Origin: Bacilli bacterium
Lineage (GTDB): Bacteria; Bacillota_I; Bacilli_A; RFN20; CAG-826
Reading direction: 5' to 3'
DNA length: 64,000 nt
Assembly: GCA_045597865.1 (NCBI GenBank)
Contig: JAZLKX010000025.1
Span: 256,001 to 320,000, forward strand
The number at the start of each line of letters is the position of its first letter. The first letter of the stretch is position 1. A program made the translations under genes and the position numbers. Below are positions 28,508 through 39,182 of this stretch, one piece after another. A model generated the notes under the pieces. The model was not told where the DNA came from. It saw only the letters and a list, made by a program, of their open reading frames with translations, and ran no database searches.

Positions 28508-30379
28508 ATGAGCAAGAAAGATATTAACAAAGTTAATCACATTGATTTAGATTCTATTAAGGATCCAAAGTTTTTAGCTACCTTAAATTACGAGGAACTT
28601 GATGTTTTAGCTTCTGACATAAGAGATGAAATACTAAAAGTTACTAGTAACTTAGGCGGCCATCTTTCAAGCAACCTCGGTGTTGTAGAACTTACTATAG
28701 CCTTACATCGAGTCTTTGATTTATCAAAGGATAAATTAATATTCGATGTTGGACATCAATGCTATACACATAAAATTTTAACAGGTCGTAAGTTAAATAA
28801 CTTAAGACAAGAAAATGGAGTCTCAGGATTCCAAAAAATGGAAGAATCGCCATACGATGTTTATGAAGCAGGGCACTCATCAACAAGTATAAGTGCCGCA
28901 AATGGCTTTGCCATTGCTCGTGATTTAAATAAAGAAAAATTTAACGTAATCGCATTTATTGGCGATGGCGCAATAAATTCTGGCCTTGCTCTAGAAGGAT
29001 TGAATAACATTGGCCACTCAGATCATAAAGTAATTATTGTCTTAAATGACAATGGTATGTCAATTTCTAAACCTGTCGGGGGACTTTCTAAGTTCTTTGC
29101 AAACATCTCGACATCCAGAAGTTATAACCGTATGAAACACGGCTATCAAAAAGTTTTTAGTAGAACTAAATTTGGCAGATGGATTCTTCATATTTCATCA
29201 AAATTCAAAAACTGGATTAAACGTGTATTAACAAGCGGAAACATTTTTACTGCTTTAGGCTTTGCCTATATTGGTCCAGTTGATGGAAACAACATTAAAA
29301 AAATTGAAAAAGCATTACTTAGAGCTAAAAACACAAAGAAATCAGTTATTATTCATGCAAATACCTTAAAAGGTAAAGGCTACAAATATTCTGAAGAAGA
29401 TGAAACAGGATACTGGCATGGTGTTTCTCCATTTGATTTAGAAAGTGGACAACCAAAAAATAAACATGAAGGCATGGTTTCTTGGTCACATGTCTATTCA
29501 GACATTACAGCTTTAGAACTCGAAGAACACAAAGATGCAGTTTTAATTTCACCAGCCACAATTAAAGGTGCTGGTCTTGATTGCTTAGACAAGAAATTTG
29601 CTAACAGAATTATCGATGTCGGCATAGCCGAAGAACACGCAGCCACGCTTGCTAGCGGCTTATCTTTAGGCGGACATCATCCAATTATATCTGTGTATTC
29701 GACATTCCTACAACGTGCCTATGACGAAGTTAGCCACGATCTCGCACGTATGAAGTGTGATGCAACTTTCTTGGTTGATAGAGCTGGTTTAGTTGGTGCA
29801 GATGGCGAAACACACCAAGGCATCTATGATGAGGCTTATTTATCAAGCATTCCTGGAACAGTAATTACTATGGCTTCAAATATCGATGAAGCTAAGCTTT
29901 TATACGATGAATCATTTAAAAACCACGGTCCATTCTTTATTAGACTTCCAAGAACATTAACTTGTAAACAAGATAGTTTCAATAAAATTGAACATTCGTT
30001 TGGCAAGTGGATGAAAGTCATGGAAACTTCAAAGAATACTGTCGTAATTTCATGCGGCCCATTATTACGTGTACTCGAACGTGCATTAATAGACAACAAC
30101 GTCGAATGCACTCTTATAAACGCACTTTACATCAAACCAATCGACAAATCGATGTTTGACGAGATTCTTGAAGCTAAGAAAATCGTCATTTATGACCCTT
30201 ATTCAACCCGTGGAGGCCTTGTAGACTCTACGATGGCATATTTACTTGAGAAAAAGTTTAAGGGGTCTATTTCAGCCTATTTCGTACCTGATGAGTTTGT
30301 AAAGCAGGGAACAATAGAACAACAACTCGCTAGATATAAGATCCGCGTCGAAGACGTTATCGAAGAACTTAAAAATTAA
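28508..30379 (+). CDS. dxs: 1-deoxy-D-xylulose-5-phosphate synthase
   Basis: GGHLSSNLG, DVGHQCY, GHSSTS, DRAGLVGADGETH. Confidence 0.97.
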   Translation: MSKKDINKVNHIDLDSIKDPKFLATLNYEELDVLASDIRDEILKVTSNLGGHLSSNLGVVELTIALHRVFDLSKDKLIFDVGHQCYTHKILTGRKLNNLRQENGVSGFQKMEESPYDVYEAGHSSTSISAANGFAIARDLNKEKFNVIAFIGDGAINSGLALEGLNNIGHSDHKVIIVLNDNGMSISKPVGGLSKFFANISTSRSYNRMKHGYQKVFSRTKFGRWILHISSKFKNWIKRVLTSGNIFTALGFAYIGPVDGNNIKKIEKALLRAKNTKKSVIIHANTLKGKGYKYSEEDETGYWHGVSPFDLESGQPKNKHEGMVSWSHVYSDITALELEEHKDAVLISPATIKGAGLDCLDKKFANRIIDVGIAEEHAATLASGLSLGGHHPIISVYSTFLQRAYDEVSHDLARMKCDATFLVDRAGLVGADGETHQGIYDEAYLSSIPGTVITMASNIDEAKLLYDESFKNHGPFFIRLPRTLTCKQDSFNKIEHSFGKWMKVMETSKNTVVISCGPLLRVLERALIDNNVECTLINALYIKPIDKSMFDEILEAKKIVIYDPYSTRGGLVDSTMAYLLEKKFKGSISAYFVPDEFVKQGTIEQQLARYKIRVEDVIEELKN

Positions 30380-30466
30380 GGAATGAGGCGATTGCCTCTT
30401 TTCTTTTTACTAACTTTGGTTAACATAATATTGCTATTCCCACTCGATTTCTATAAAATAGAAGTG

Positions 30467-31666
30467 ATGAGCAAGATTATCCTTCACATAGATTTGAACG
30501 CCTTCTTCGTTAGATGCGAAGAGCTTTTAGATCAATCACTTGAAGGTAAGCCAGTTATCATTGGTCATAGTGGACGTGGTGGCATTGTTTCAACATGCAG
30601 CTATGCTGCGAGAAAATACGGAGTCAAATCTGGAATGCCAACTTATAAGGCATTGCAACTTTGTAAGAATGCCATCATGATCTACGGGCACTTTGATCTT
30701 TACCAAAAGAAGTCAAAAGAGTTTATTAACTTTGTTAAAAGGTATTCAAACATTATCGAACAAGCTTCAATTGATGAATGCTATGTCGACATGACAAAGG
30801 TTCTTCAAAATGAGAAGAATCCATTGAACTTTGTTAAAGAAATGCAAGCAAATCTCCTTAAGGAGTCTGGTTTAAAATGTTCAATCGGAATCGCACCAAC
30901 TAAGTTTTTAGCAAAGATGGGTTCTGACATGAAAAAGCCAATGGGAATAACAGTCATTCGTCGTAAGGATGTTAGAAAAATGTTAGACCCTCTTCCAATT
31001 GAAGATTTCTTTGGAATCGGTAAGAAAACATCACCAAAACTTAGAGAAATGGGCATAAACACCATAGGTGATTTAGCAAAACTAATTAATTCAGATGACC
31101 AAGACATCAAAAGATTCTTGGGTAAATTTTACTTTGGCATTAAAGAATGGATTAATGGCTATGGTTCAGATACAGTTGATACTGAACCTTGGGATCCAAA
31201 GCAAATTGGACACTCAACAACTTTGCCAAGAGATGCGGAAGATGCTGACGAAATTAAGATTTATCTTAAACAAATGGCAGAAGAAGTTTCGAAGGATGCA
31301 AAAGCCGAAAATAAAGTTGGAAGTTCAGTTCAATTAATTCTAAAAGATAACGAGTTTAAAGTTATCAATAGGTCAAAACGTATTAAAGATAAAACCAATG
31401 AATTCAATGTAATTTATGAGGAAGGTCTTAAACTTTTAGCAGCCAATTATGATGGTAGACCAATTCGTTTAGTGGGAATAACTTTGCAAAATCTTGTAAA
31501 TAAAGATGAAATTGTTGAACAGTTATCAATATTTGATAATTATGAAGAAGTTAAAGAAGCAAATGCTGTTAGACTTTTAATTGCAGAACTAAATCGTCAA
31601 ATCAAAGGTGCAGATTTTAAAACTGCTAGTGACTACTTAAGGGAGAAGAAAAATGGAACTCGTTGA
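30467..31666 (+). CDS. dinB: DNA polymerase IV (Y family)
   Basis: HIDLNAFF, SYAARKYGV, SIDECY; start moved to ATG 30467. Confidence 0.95.
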   Translation: MSKIILHIDLNAFFVRCEELLDQSLEGKPVIIGHSGRGGIVSTCSYAARKYGVKSGMPTYKALQLCKNAIMIYGHFDLYQKKSKEFINFVKRYSNIIEQASIDECYVDMTKVLQNEKNPLNFVKEMQANLLKESGLKCSIGIAPTKFLAKMGSDMKKPMGITVIRRKDVRKMLDPLPIEDFFGIGKKTSPKLREMGINTIGDLAKLINSDDQDIKRFLGKFYFGIKEWINGYGSDTVDTEPWDPKQIGHSTTLPRDAEDADEIKIYLKQMAEEVSKDAKAENKVGSSVQLILKDNEFKVINRSKRIKDKTNEFNVIYEEGLKLLAANYDGRPIRLVGITLQNLVNKDEIVEQLSIFDNYEEVKEANAVRLLIAELNRQIKGADFKTASDYLREKKNGTR

Positions 31667-32531
31667 TGCTGTTGATTTATATTTCCAATACCTCAGAGTA
31701 GAAAAAGGTGTTTCAAATGAAACAATCAAAAATTATTACTACGATTTGAAGTTCTTTTTCGAGACTTTAGACAAACACACAACAGATGACTTTATGCCAA
31801 CAGACATCCAAGACTTTGTAAGAATCCAGTCTAAAGAAATGCTTTCGGTTCCAACGATTCTCAGAAGAATTTCTTCAACCAAAAACTTTTATCTTTTCTT
31901 GGAAAAAGAACACATAATTGACACTCAACTAAAGAAATTTGATAAACCAAAAGGCGCTAAAAAACTTCCTGTTTGTATTTCGATTGAAGAAGTCGAAGCT
32001 TTGCTTGATGCTCCAAATATCGAAAAACCAGAGGGCTTAAGAGACCGCGCAATGCTTGAAGTTATGTACTCGTCTGGCCTTCGCGTTTCAGAACTCCTTG
32101 GTTTAAAAATAAATCAAATCAATTTTGAAAAAGGAATTATCAAAATTATTGGTAAAGGGTCAAAAGAAAGACACGTTCCAATCGGAGATTATGCCTTGGA
32201 ATACTTAAATAAGTATATCGAAGGTCCTAGACGTAAAAATCCGGGAAGAAATACTGGATTCGCATTCCTAAATCGATACGGAATGCCACTTAGTAGACAG
32301 TATTTCTTCTTGCAGATAAAAAAGTATGCTGAGCAAGCTGGCATTAAGGAGGAAATTTCTCCTCATACTTTGCGCCATTGCTTTGCAACACACATGCTTG
32401 AGAATGGCGCAGAACTACGTGCAGTGCAAGAAATGCTTGGCCACACAAACATTGCAACCACACAAATCTACACGAACATCTCAAGCAAGCGCATTTTGAG
32501 CGCATATGATTTGTATAGCAAACGAAAATAG
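31653..32531 (+). CDS. xerD: tyrosine recombinase XerD (RipX-type)
   Basis: GLRVSEL, GKGSKER, HTLRH, LGH, TQIY catalytic residues; xerD-deoB synteny as in Bacilli. Confidence 0.9.
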   Translation: MELVDAVDLYFQYLRVEKGVSNETIKNYYYDLKFFFETLDKHTTDDFMPTDIQDFVRIQSKEMLSVPTILRRISSTKNFYLFLEKEHIIDTQLKKFDKPKGAKKLPVCISIEEVEALLDAPNIEKPEGLRDRAMLEVMYSSGLRVSELLGLKINQINFEKGIIKIIGKGSKERHVPIGDYALEYLNKYIEGPRRKNPGRNTGFAFLNRYGMPLSRQYFFLQIKKYAEQAGIKEEISPHTLRHCFATHMLENGAELRAVQEMLGHTNIATTQIYTNISSKRILSAYDLYSKRK

Positions 32532-32563
32532 AGTAAAATACAACTCGGAATTGGAGATAAACC

Positions 32564-33760
32564 ATGAAAAAATTTAAAAGAATATTCGTAATTGTTGCTG
32601 ACTCAGTTGGTATTGGTGAAGAACCAGATGCAGCTAAGTTTGGTGATGTTGGAACAAATACATTTGTTCACACAGCAGAAAAATGCGGTGGACTTAATGT
32701 TCCAGTCATGAACTCACTTGGCCTTGGAGATCTCGCTGACATCAAAGGAACAAGCAAAGTTAGCCACCCACACGCTTATTGTGCAAGACTTCGCGAAGCC
32801 TCAAACGGTAAAGACACAATGACAGGTCACTGGGAAATGATGGGTATTTATACAACAAAACCATTTGTTACATTTACAGACACTGGTTTCCCAGATGTTC
32901 TCATTAAAGAACTCGAAGAAAAAACTGGTCACAAAGTTATTGGAAACTATGCAGCAAGTGGAACTGAGATTCTTAAAGAATTAGGTGAAGAACAAATGAG
33001 AGATAATTCCCTCATTGTCTACACATCCGCAGACAGCGTACTTCAAATCGCTGCACACGAAGAAGTTACAGGTGTACAAGAATTATACAGATGCTGTGAA
33101 ATCGCTCGTGAAATCTGTTTGAGACCAGAATATTACGTTGGTAGAGTTATCGCTCGTCCATACGTTGGAAAAGACAAAGACAGCTTCAAGAGAACTCCAA
33201 ATAGACATGACTTAGCAGTCTCTCCAAGCGGAATTACAACTATGGACATTCTCAAAGAGAATGGTTATATGGTTTCATGCGTTGGTAAGATCGGAGACAT
33301 TTTCAACCAAGTTGGTGTTGTAAAAACTCAAAAGACAGTTTCTAACATGGATGGAATGGATAAGACAATTGAAGAAGCTAAGAATCATGACTTTGAAGGT
33401 TTATGCTTTGTCAACTTAGTTGAATTCGATTCAGAATTCGGCCACAGACGTAACGCACTCGGCTATGGCAAAGCTCTTGAAGAATTCGACGTCCGTTTAG
33501 GTGAATTACTTGATGTTGTAAAAGATAATGACTTAGTCATCGTTACAGCAGACCACGGTAATGATCCAACCCACACAGGCACAGACCACACAAGAGAAAA
33601 AGTACCATTCCTTGCTTATAGCAAATCATTCAAAAACGGTAAATACCTTGAAGAAAGAGAATGCTTTGCAGACATTGGTGCAACAGTCTTAGAAAACTTT
33701 GGATTAAAAAAGAGTCCAAATCAAATTGGGAAACCAATTGATGAACTCTTAAACGATTAA
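32564..33760 (+). CDS. deoB: phosphopentomutase
   Basis: [29 protein letters not shown]. Confidence 0.96.
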   Translation: MKKFKRIFVIVADSVGIGEEPDAAKFGDVGTNTFVHTAEKCGGLNVPVMNSLGLGDLADIKGTSKVSHPHAYCARLREASNGKDTMTGHWEMMGIYTTKPFVTFTDTGFPDVLIKELEEKTGHKVIGNYAASGTEILKELGEEQMRDNSLIVYTSADSVLQIAAHEEVTGVQELYRCCEIAREICLRPEYYVGRVIARPYVGKDKDSFKRTPNRHDLAVSPSGITTMDILKENGYMVSCVGKIGDIFNQVGVVKTQKTVSNMDGMDKTIEEAKNHDFEGLCFVNLVEFDSEFGHRRNALGYGKALEEFDVRLGELLDVVKDNDLVIVTADHGNDPTHTGTDHTREKVPFLAYSKSFKNGKYLEERECFADIGATVLENFGLKKSPNQIGKPIDELLND

Positions 33761-34347
33761 TCTATTAAATCAATTTGATGAAGGGAACGTTTAATAACGT
33801 TCTCTTTTTCTAACTTAGTTAGAAGTCTTGATAATGTTTCTCTTTGAAGATGCAAAATACCTGCAAGTTCAGAGACTGATTTAAATTCAATTTTTCCATC
33901 GTGGTTAAATAAATAGAAGCGTAATCTTTCTTCAGCGGATGAATAAGATAAAAGTTTAATGGTGGAGTTAAGCTTTTTGCTGAAGTTTGATTGAGCATTC
34001 AAATAAGAAATCATAAACTCTTTATTACTTTGTAATAGTGAGATTAAATTATTACGCTTTATTACAACAATTGTTGAATCTTTTGTCGCAATAACATCGC
34101 CTTTATAGAACGGATCATCAGAGAAAATTAAGTTATTTCCAAAAACATCATTTTTGTGAAGAACATTATAAATTAGTTCTTGGCCTTCAAATGAAGTGGT
34201 TGAGATTTTAACTTCTCCTGAAACAACAATAGAAACTGATTCACATTTTTCATCTTCTCTATAGAGAATTTCATTTTTCTTAAGTGTTTTAACTTCTAGA
34301 AGTTTTTTCTCATCTCTAGATAAATTTAGTAAAATATTATTTTCCAT
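33757..34347 (-). CDS. Crp/Fnr family transcriptional regulator
   Basis: cNMP-binding-like beta domain plus C-terminal HTH ([17 protein letters not shown]). Confidence 0.9.
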   Translation of the reverse strand: MENNILLNLSRDEKKLLEVKTLKKNEILYREDEKCESVSIVVSGEVKISTTSFEGQELIYNVLHKNDVFGNNLIFSDDPFYKGDVIATKDSTIVVIKRNNLISLLQSNKEFMISYLNAQSNFSKKLNSTIKLLSYSSAEERLRFYLFNHDGKIEFKSVSELAGILHLQRETLSRLLTKLEKENVIKRSLHQIDLID

Positions 34348-34354
34348 ACAAATC

Positions 34355-34370
34355 CGTGATTTAAATCACA
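34355..34370. promoter_or_regulatory. Crp/Fnr-type operator
   Basis: CGTGA-TTTAAA-TCACA (1 mismatch to TGTGA-N6-TCACA; perfect 14-bp palindrome) between the divergent crp and ABC genes. Confidence 0.75.
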
Positions 34371-34422
34371 TACTTATTATCGAATATTTTATATTATATG
34401 TCCACCAGAATTGGTAAAGATT

Positions 34423-35346
34423 ATGAAAAAGACATGGTTATTATTACTTGCATCAATAACACTTACAGGATGTTCTTCAATTGAAGAAAGTTCAAATTTA
34501 AGAATTGTTTCTCCAACTGGAGCACCTGCAGTAGCTTTTTACAATTACTCAACAAGTGATAATTTTCAAACCAATTCCGATCCATCAAATATTATTCCAA
34601 TGATGCTTAACGAAACTGTTGATGTTGCAGTTTTACCAACAAATGCAGGAATCCAAGCAATTGTTGGAAAGAACGTAAATTATAAGATTGCTGCAACAAT
34701 TACCTTTGGTAATATATTTATTGGAGCAACAGGAAATGATGAAGATGGCGTTATGGACGCAGATGATTACATCGTTTCGTTCCAACAAGGCGCTGTTCCA
34801 GATAAAATCTTCCATTACGTTTACGGAAACACTTATGACAATGCTTTGCATTACGTTTCTAACGGCCAAGAAGCCGCGAAATGTTTGAAGACGGGTAAAA
34901 ACCTTGCCGAAGATGGAAAAGCGGTGGATTACGTTGTTTTAGCTGAGCCAGCTCTAACTACAGTAATTTCATCAACTCCAGGAAGAACTGTTTATGCAAA
35001 TCTTCAAGAGCTTTACAAAGTAAAAAGTGGAAATTTGCAAATTTTCCAAGCCTCATTATTTGTAAACAATAAGTTAGAAAGAAATGTAGTTGATAAATTT
35101 TTAGAAGACCTTGAAAAAGATATAAATGCTGGAATAACAAATCCAGAAATCATTCAACAAGGATTAGCAGCAAACTCTGCAGCCGAAGCTTTATACGGAA
35201 TTAAACCTGAGCAAGCAAAGGCTGTAACAGCAAATAATAATGGAATGGGTTTAGGTTTTGCTAAAGCAAAGGAAAATAAAGAAGCAATAGATTTATTCTT
35301 ATCATTGTTCGGAATAGGAGCAACAAATGAAGAAATTTATTACTAA
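34423..35346 (+). CDS. ABC transporter substrate-binding lipoprotein (NitT/TauT/SsuA-like)
   Basis: lipobox LTG|C; PTGAPA, D.AVLPTN and VLAEP motifs. Confidence 0.82.
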   Translation: MKKTWLLLLASITLTGCSSIEESSNLRIVSPTGAPAVAFYNYSTSDNFQTNSDPSNIIPMMLNETVDVAVLPTNAGIQAIVGKNVNYKIAATITFGNIFIGATGNDEDGVMDADDYIVSFQQGAVPDKIFHYVYGNTYDNALHYVSNGQEAAKCLKTGKNLAEDGKAVDYVVLAEPALTTVISSTPGRTVYANLQELYKVKSGNLQIFQASLFVNNKLERNVVDKFLEDLEKDINAGITNPEIIQQGLAANSAAEALYGIKPEQAKAVTANNNGMGLGFAKAKENKEAIDLFLSLFGIGATNEEIYY

Positions 35347-36115
35347 CAAAGCAGTTTTATACATTCTTGGATTCTTATTCCTTGTAGGACTTTGGTTCAT
35401 TGTTTCAGCATGTATCGATAAGAACTCAATGATTTTTCCTGACCCAATTACAACATTTGGAAGGATGTTTCAACTCCTTGGAGTAGGCGACACTTATCGT
35501 TATTTAGGGTTCTCAATCTTAAGACTTTTGATTGGTTTCGTTATTTCATTTGTTGTTGCATTCCTTTTAGGAATGTTAGTTAACAATAATGAACATTTAT
35601 ATAATTTCTTTACGCCTTTAATGACATTCTTTAAGGCTGCGCCAACGGCAACATTTGTCTTTTTGTTTATCATTCTTATAGGCGCAAAGAACGCTCCAAT
35701 ATTTGTTGTCTTTACTGTAACAATGCCAATCCTTTATGAATCGATTGTTGGAGCATTTAGAAACACTGATAAAGCTGTTTTAGCTGCAGCCCAAATTGAT
35801 GGAGCAAACAAATTTAAAACAATGATTAAAGTTCAAATACCTTTAGGTATTCCTCTAATTTCTGTTGGTGTTGCATCAACATTTGCAATGGCATTTAAGA
35901 TTGAAATCATGGCAGAAATTATTACAGGATTTACAAATGGTGGTCTTGGATCAATGATCCATAACTCACAAGTTGTAAACCCAACAGACCTTACAGACAT
36001 GTTTGCATACAGCTTGATGGCCATTATTTTGGTTCTATTAATCACGATTTTAGCTTCATTTTTAAAGAAGAAAAACATGCCAAGAAAGCTTCACAGACGT
36101 GAGTATAGTGCATAA
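35327..36115 (+). CDS. ABC transporter permease (NitT/TauT/SsuC-like)
   Basis: 6 TM; FPDP, EAA-like loop (AAQIDGA), IMAE. Confidence 0.88.
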   Translation: MKKFITNKAVLYILGFLFLVGLWFIVSACIDKNSMIFPDPITTFGRMFQLLGVGDTYRYLGFSILRLLIGFVISFVVAFLLGMLVNNNEHLYNFFTPLMTFFKAAPTATFVFLFIILIGAKNAPIFVVFTVTMPILYESIVGAFRNTDKAVLAAAQIDGANKFKTMIKVQIPLGIPLISVGVASTFAMAFKIEIMAEIITGFTNGGLGSMIHNSQVVNPTDLTDMFAYSLMAIILVLLITILASFLKKKNMPRKLHRREYSA

Positions 36116-36117
36116 TA

Positions 36118-36140
36118 TTTAGTAGATATTTAGTAGTTTT
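36118..36140 (+). repeat. 23-bp motif TTTAGTAGATATTTAGTAGTTTT, identical to 44624-44646
   Basis: exact match read from sequence; internal 11-bp period (ATATTTAGTAG x2). Confidence 0.8.
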
Positions 36141-36148
36141 GATTTGTG

Positions 36149-36179
36149 GGAAACTCACGATTTTGTGGGTTTTCTTTTT
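36149..36179 (+). terminator. terminator after ABC permease
   Basis: ggaaactcac...gtgggttttc hairpin with G-U pairs plus T tract. Confidence 0.6.
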
Positions 36180-36250
36180 ATTTAAATTGAGAAGTTTATA
36201 GATTTTGAGAAAATAAAAAGTCCGAATTAATCGAACTTTTCTATATATTT

Positions 36251-36278
36251 GGTTAACATAATAGCCATTATGCGAAGT
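36251..36278 (-). other. dif: dif chromosome dimer resolution site
   Basis: minus strand ACTTCGCATAA-TGGCTA-TTATGTTAACC, matching the E. coli/B. subtilis dif arms; at the gene-orientation switch. Confidence 0.9.
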
Positions 36279-36306
36279 TATCTATATTTTCGGCTTTCCA
36301 CAAAAC

Positions 36307-37401
36307 TTACTTAAGATACTGAGCAAAACATTCATCAGTTAATTTATTTGTAATATCTTTGTTATGTGAGAGTAAATATTTTTTGTTATCTTCTAAGGTT
36401 GTTAAGAATCCAATTTTCCAGTTTTTCATACAGGCATCAATAAGCCAAGTTGAATCAAATTCTCTGGTTGGCTCAATTTTATCGCATGCGTATACGACCA
36501 TTCCAAGCGCGGACATGTTCGCTTTGCCTGTGCAATGGAACTTAATTGCGTCCAAGATTTCTGGATCATTAATTCCAAAATCTCTATGAGCAAGGAATTC
36601 ACCAATAAATTGGTGATACGCAAAAGGTGGCAAATCCAAATAATCTGGATAATGTTCCTTCATTAATGAAATCATGTCTTCACCATCGTTTTTGTATGTT
36701 TTTCCAAGGTCATGGAACAAAGCTGCATAAAAATATTTTTCAATTGGTTCAAGATTATTAACTTTTGCAACCTTATAGGTTAAGTTAGCAACCTCAATTG
36801 AATGATTTAATCTCTTCTCAGGAAGATATTTAGCAAGTTTCTTTACGTAGTAAAGACGATTGCGCTCAATGTAATCTAAAACGTCAAATGGAAGATCAAT
36901 CGATTTCATCTCGCGGATTGAAGATGAACTAACTTCACCGCTTTCATAAAATTCCAAGTCCACCATTTCATATTCTTCAATAACTTTGTTATTGAGTTCA
37001 ATGCCTGGACGGTTTACAAAGCAAATCTTGGCGAGTTTGCTTAATTCTTTAGCGTCTTTCCAATCACCAAATTTATTAACTTGATCAGCACCAATTAAGA
37101 AATAAAGGGTGTCATTCGGGTGAATACTGATTAAATATTTGACTGTGTCAATTGAGTAATTGACTTCGTCTTTGGAATTTAATTCATATTCACAGATTTC
37201 ATAGTTAAAACTTGCATCTTTTAATGCAATTTTTAACATTTCTAATCTTTGATTAGAGGTTTCTTCTGGTGATTTCCATCTTGGGGATTTTGCTGGAACA
37301 AAAATAAGAGAAGCATTTAGCTTCTTTGAAGCTGCTTCACTTATTCTTAAATGACCGTTATGGATTGGATCAAAAGTTCCACCAAAAATTACAAGATTCA
37401 T
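36307..37401 (-). CDS. nadD: nicotinate-nucleotide adenylyltransferase fused to YqeK HD domain
   Basis: FGGTFDPIHNGH, IGADQ, SSS.IR, then RLNHS...HDLGK...H...DKIEP HD domain. Confidence 0.93.
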   Translation of the reverse strand: MNLVIFGGTFDPIHNGHLRISEAASKKLNASLIFVPAKSPRWKSPEETSNQRLEMLKIALKDASFNYEICEYELNSKDEVNYSIDTVKYLISIHPNDTLYFLIGADQVNKFGDWKDAKELSKLAKICFVNRPGIELNNKVIEEYEMVDLEFYESGEVSSSSIREMKSIDLPFDVLDYIERNRLYYVKKLAKYLPEKRLNHSIEVANLTYKVAKVNNLEPIEKYFYAALFHDLGKTYKNDGEDMISLMKEHYPDYLDLPPFAYHQFIGEFLAHRDFGINDPEILDAIKFHCTGKANMSALGMVVYACDKIEPTREFDSTWLIDACMKNWKIGFLTTLEDNKKYLLSHNKDITNKLTDECFAQYLK

Positions 37402-37403
37402 AA

Positions 37404-38552
37404 TTAATCGTTTTTGACTTTTGGTCTAGATGTATAAATTGCGACACCTTTTGGAACGTAGATACGTAATTTTTGGTTTGTTGAGTTAATTGTAACCCAT
37501 CCTAAACCTGCAAATCCGATATCTCTTGGGATTGGTTTCTTATTTTGGAATGTAATATCAAAGATTTCCATATCTTTAGTAGACTTAATTCTATTAAGAG
37601 ATGGATTTAATTGACCTCTTGAGTTCAAAGAGATGAATTTCTTCTCTACATCAGTGATGTGAGACTTACGTAATTGTACATTATCGTGGAAATAGCATGT
37701 AAATGTGGCTCTATCGCCTTCTAATACTTCGATGATGCCTAATCCACCAATGAATAAAGATTGATGCTCAGAAATGGACATTTCACGAGCTTCAACTGGT
37801 TTAGTAAGATAAATTGATTTCAAAGTCTTTGCGTCAAGACCAAATAAAATTGAGTTGGTAATTGAAATACCTGGAGTTTCATACATTGATGAACGATTGT
37901 TTAAAGGAATTTCCATTACTTTAAGATTTGTATTTTTATATTCATGAGTCATGATATTTCCGTTTGAAAGATTTGAATAAATCTTTAAGAATGCGGAAAT
38001 AAGAGCAGTTTTACCTGAATCGGATTGACCAATAATGAAGACATCTTTGCCATTCTTTAATTCGAAAATACGAGTTAAAGTTTCTTGGATTGAATCATCA
38101 TCTTGTTTAGTTGTGATCATTACGTCTTCAGCTTTAATCTTTAAGCCTGCGACTCTAAATCTATGTGCAACGTATTCGGAAGTGTCATAAAGACTTGTTC
38201 CTTCTGGAAGAAGGTCAAACTTAGTACCAACAACTAAAATATTAGCATCACTTATAAGTTCAGTAAGTTCTTTGGAGAATGAGGTTTCGAATGAGAACAA
38301 GTTTACTACGTAAACAATTAAACAACCTTTTTCTTTAGCTTGTTTAATTACTTCGATGAATTCTTCATCGATGTATGGTTCATTAGAAACTGATGAAAAA
38401 CGTTCTGCTTCAAAACATCTATTGCAGAACAAAAAGTTCTGAGTAGGATTTTCTAAAACTTCTTTGTTAACGTAGCCTTCTTTAGAAGGATCATCACATT
38501 GAAGTGTTGCACCACAGCTGTAGCACTTTCTAATTTTCTTAATTTGTTCCAT
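37404..38552 (-). CDS. yqeH: ribosome biogenesis GTPase YqeH
   Basis: N-terminal CxxC...CxRC Zn finger, TKFDLLP, GxxxxGKT, TPG; yqeG-yqeH-nadD synteny. Confidence 0.9.
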   Translation of the reverse strand: MEQIKKIRKCYSCGATLQCDDPSKEGYVNKEVLENPTQNFLFCNRCFEAERFSSVSNEPYIDEEFIEVIKQAKEKGCLIVYVVNLFSFETSFSKELTELISDANILVVGTKFDLLPEGTSLYDTSEYVAHRFRVAGLKIKAEDVMITTKQDDDSIQETLTRIFELKNGKDVFIIGQSDSGKTALISAFLKIYSNLSNGNIMTHEYKNTNLKVMEIPLNNRSSMYETPGISITNSILFGLDAKTLKSIYLTKPVEAREMSISEHQSLFIGGLGIIEVLEGDRATFTCYFHDNVQLRKSHITDVEKKFISLNSRGQLNPSLNRIKSTKDMEIFDITFQNKKPIPRDIGFAGLGWVTINSTNQKLRIYVPKGVAIYTSRPKVKND

Positions 38553-39072
38553 TGATTTCTCTCCAATCTTTAAGCAAATGCTTTTTATTTAGTTTTCTTC
38601 TTAACGGATTATCGAATAAACGATTGAATCTTGTTGTTGGCTGATCTTCTTCCACTAATTTCTCAGTCAACACACTTCTAATTCCTGCTCCATTAGCACA
38701 GCTAATGTCAGTGACAATTTGATCACCAATTAAGATAACCTCATGTCTGTAGATTTTTAATCCTTTAAGCTTTCTAAGTAATTTCTTAGAAAAAGGTTTT
38801 GCAAGCTTTGACATAAATCTAACGCCAAGAGCTCTAGCATATTTTGTGACCCTTTTTCCGGTGTTGTTTGATGTGATAATTAACTCGATTCCTTCCATTA
38901 ATAAATCCTCTTTGAGATCTATTACTCTTTTTGAAGGTGTTGCAGTCTTGTAAGAATCAAGCGTATTATCAAGGTCAACCAAGATGAATTTTACGCCTAA
39001 ATTTTTATAAAACGAAACATCGATTTCAAAAATCGATTGAGCATGTGCGAAAGGAATCAAGCGTTTCCACAT
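38539..39072 (-). CDS. yqeG: HAD IIIA phosphatase YqeG
   Basis: DLDNTL, SNN, KP, IGDQIVTDI. Confidence 0.93.
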   Translation of the reverse strand: MWKRLIPFAHAQSIFEIDVSFYKNLGVKFILVDLDNTLDSYKTATPSKRVIDLKEDLLMEGIELIITSNNTGKRVTKYARALGVRFMSKLAKPFSKKLLRKLKGLKIYRHEVILIGDQIVTDISCANGAGIRSVLTEKLVEEDQPTTRFNRLFDNPLRRKLNKKHLLKDWREINGTN

Positions 39073-39140
39073 AGTCAAAATTATACACTATTTTTAGAAA
39101 AATAATAGTTTTCTAACAAGTAATATAAATCGCGTATATG

Positions 39141-39169
39141 AAAAAAGCGCCCGATTTGAGCGCTTTTTT
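39141..39169 (-). terminator. terminator after parC
   Basis: aaaaaagcgc...gcgcttttt hairpin. Confidence 0.75.
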
Positions 39170-39182
39170 GATGAAATTTTAA

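Noticed and set aside
31653-32531. tyrosine recombinase as a prophage/ICE integrase
   Set aside because: XerD size and motifs, housekeeping xerD-deoB context, a nearby dif site and no mobile cargo.
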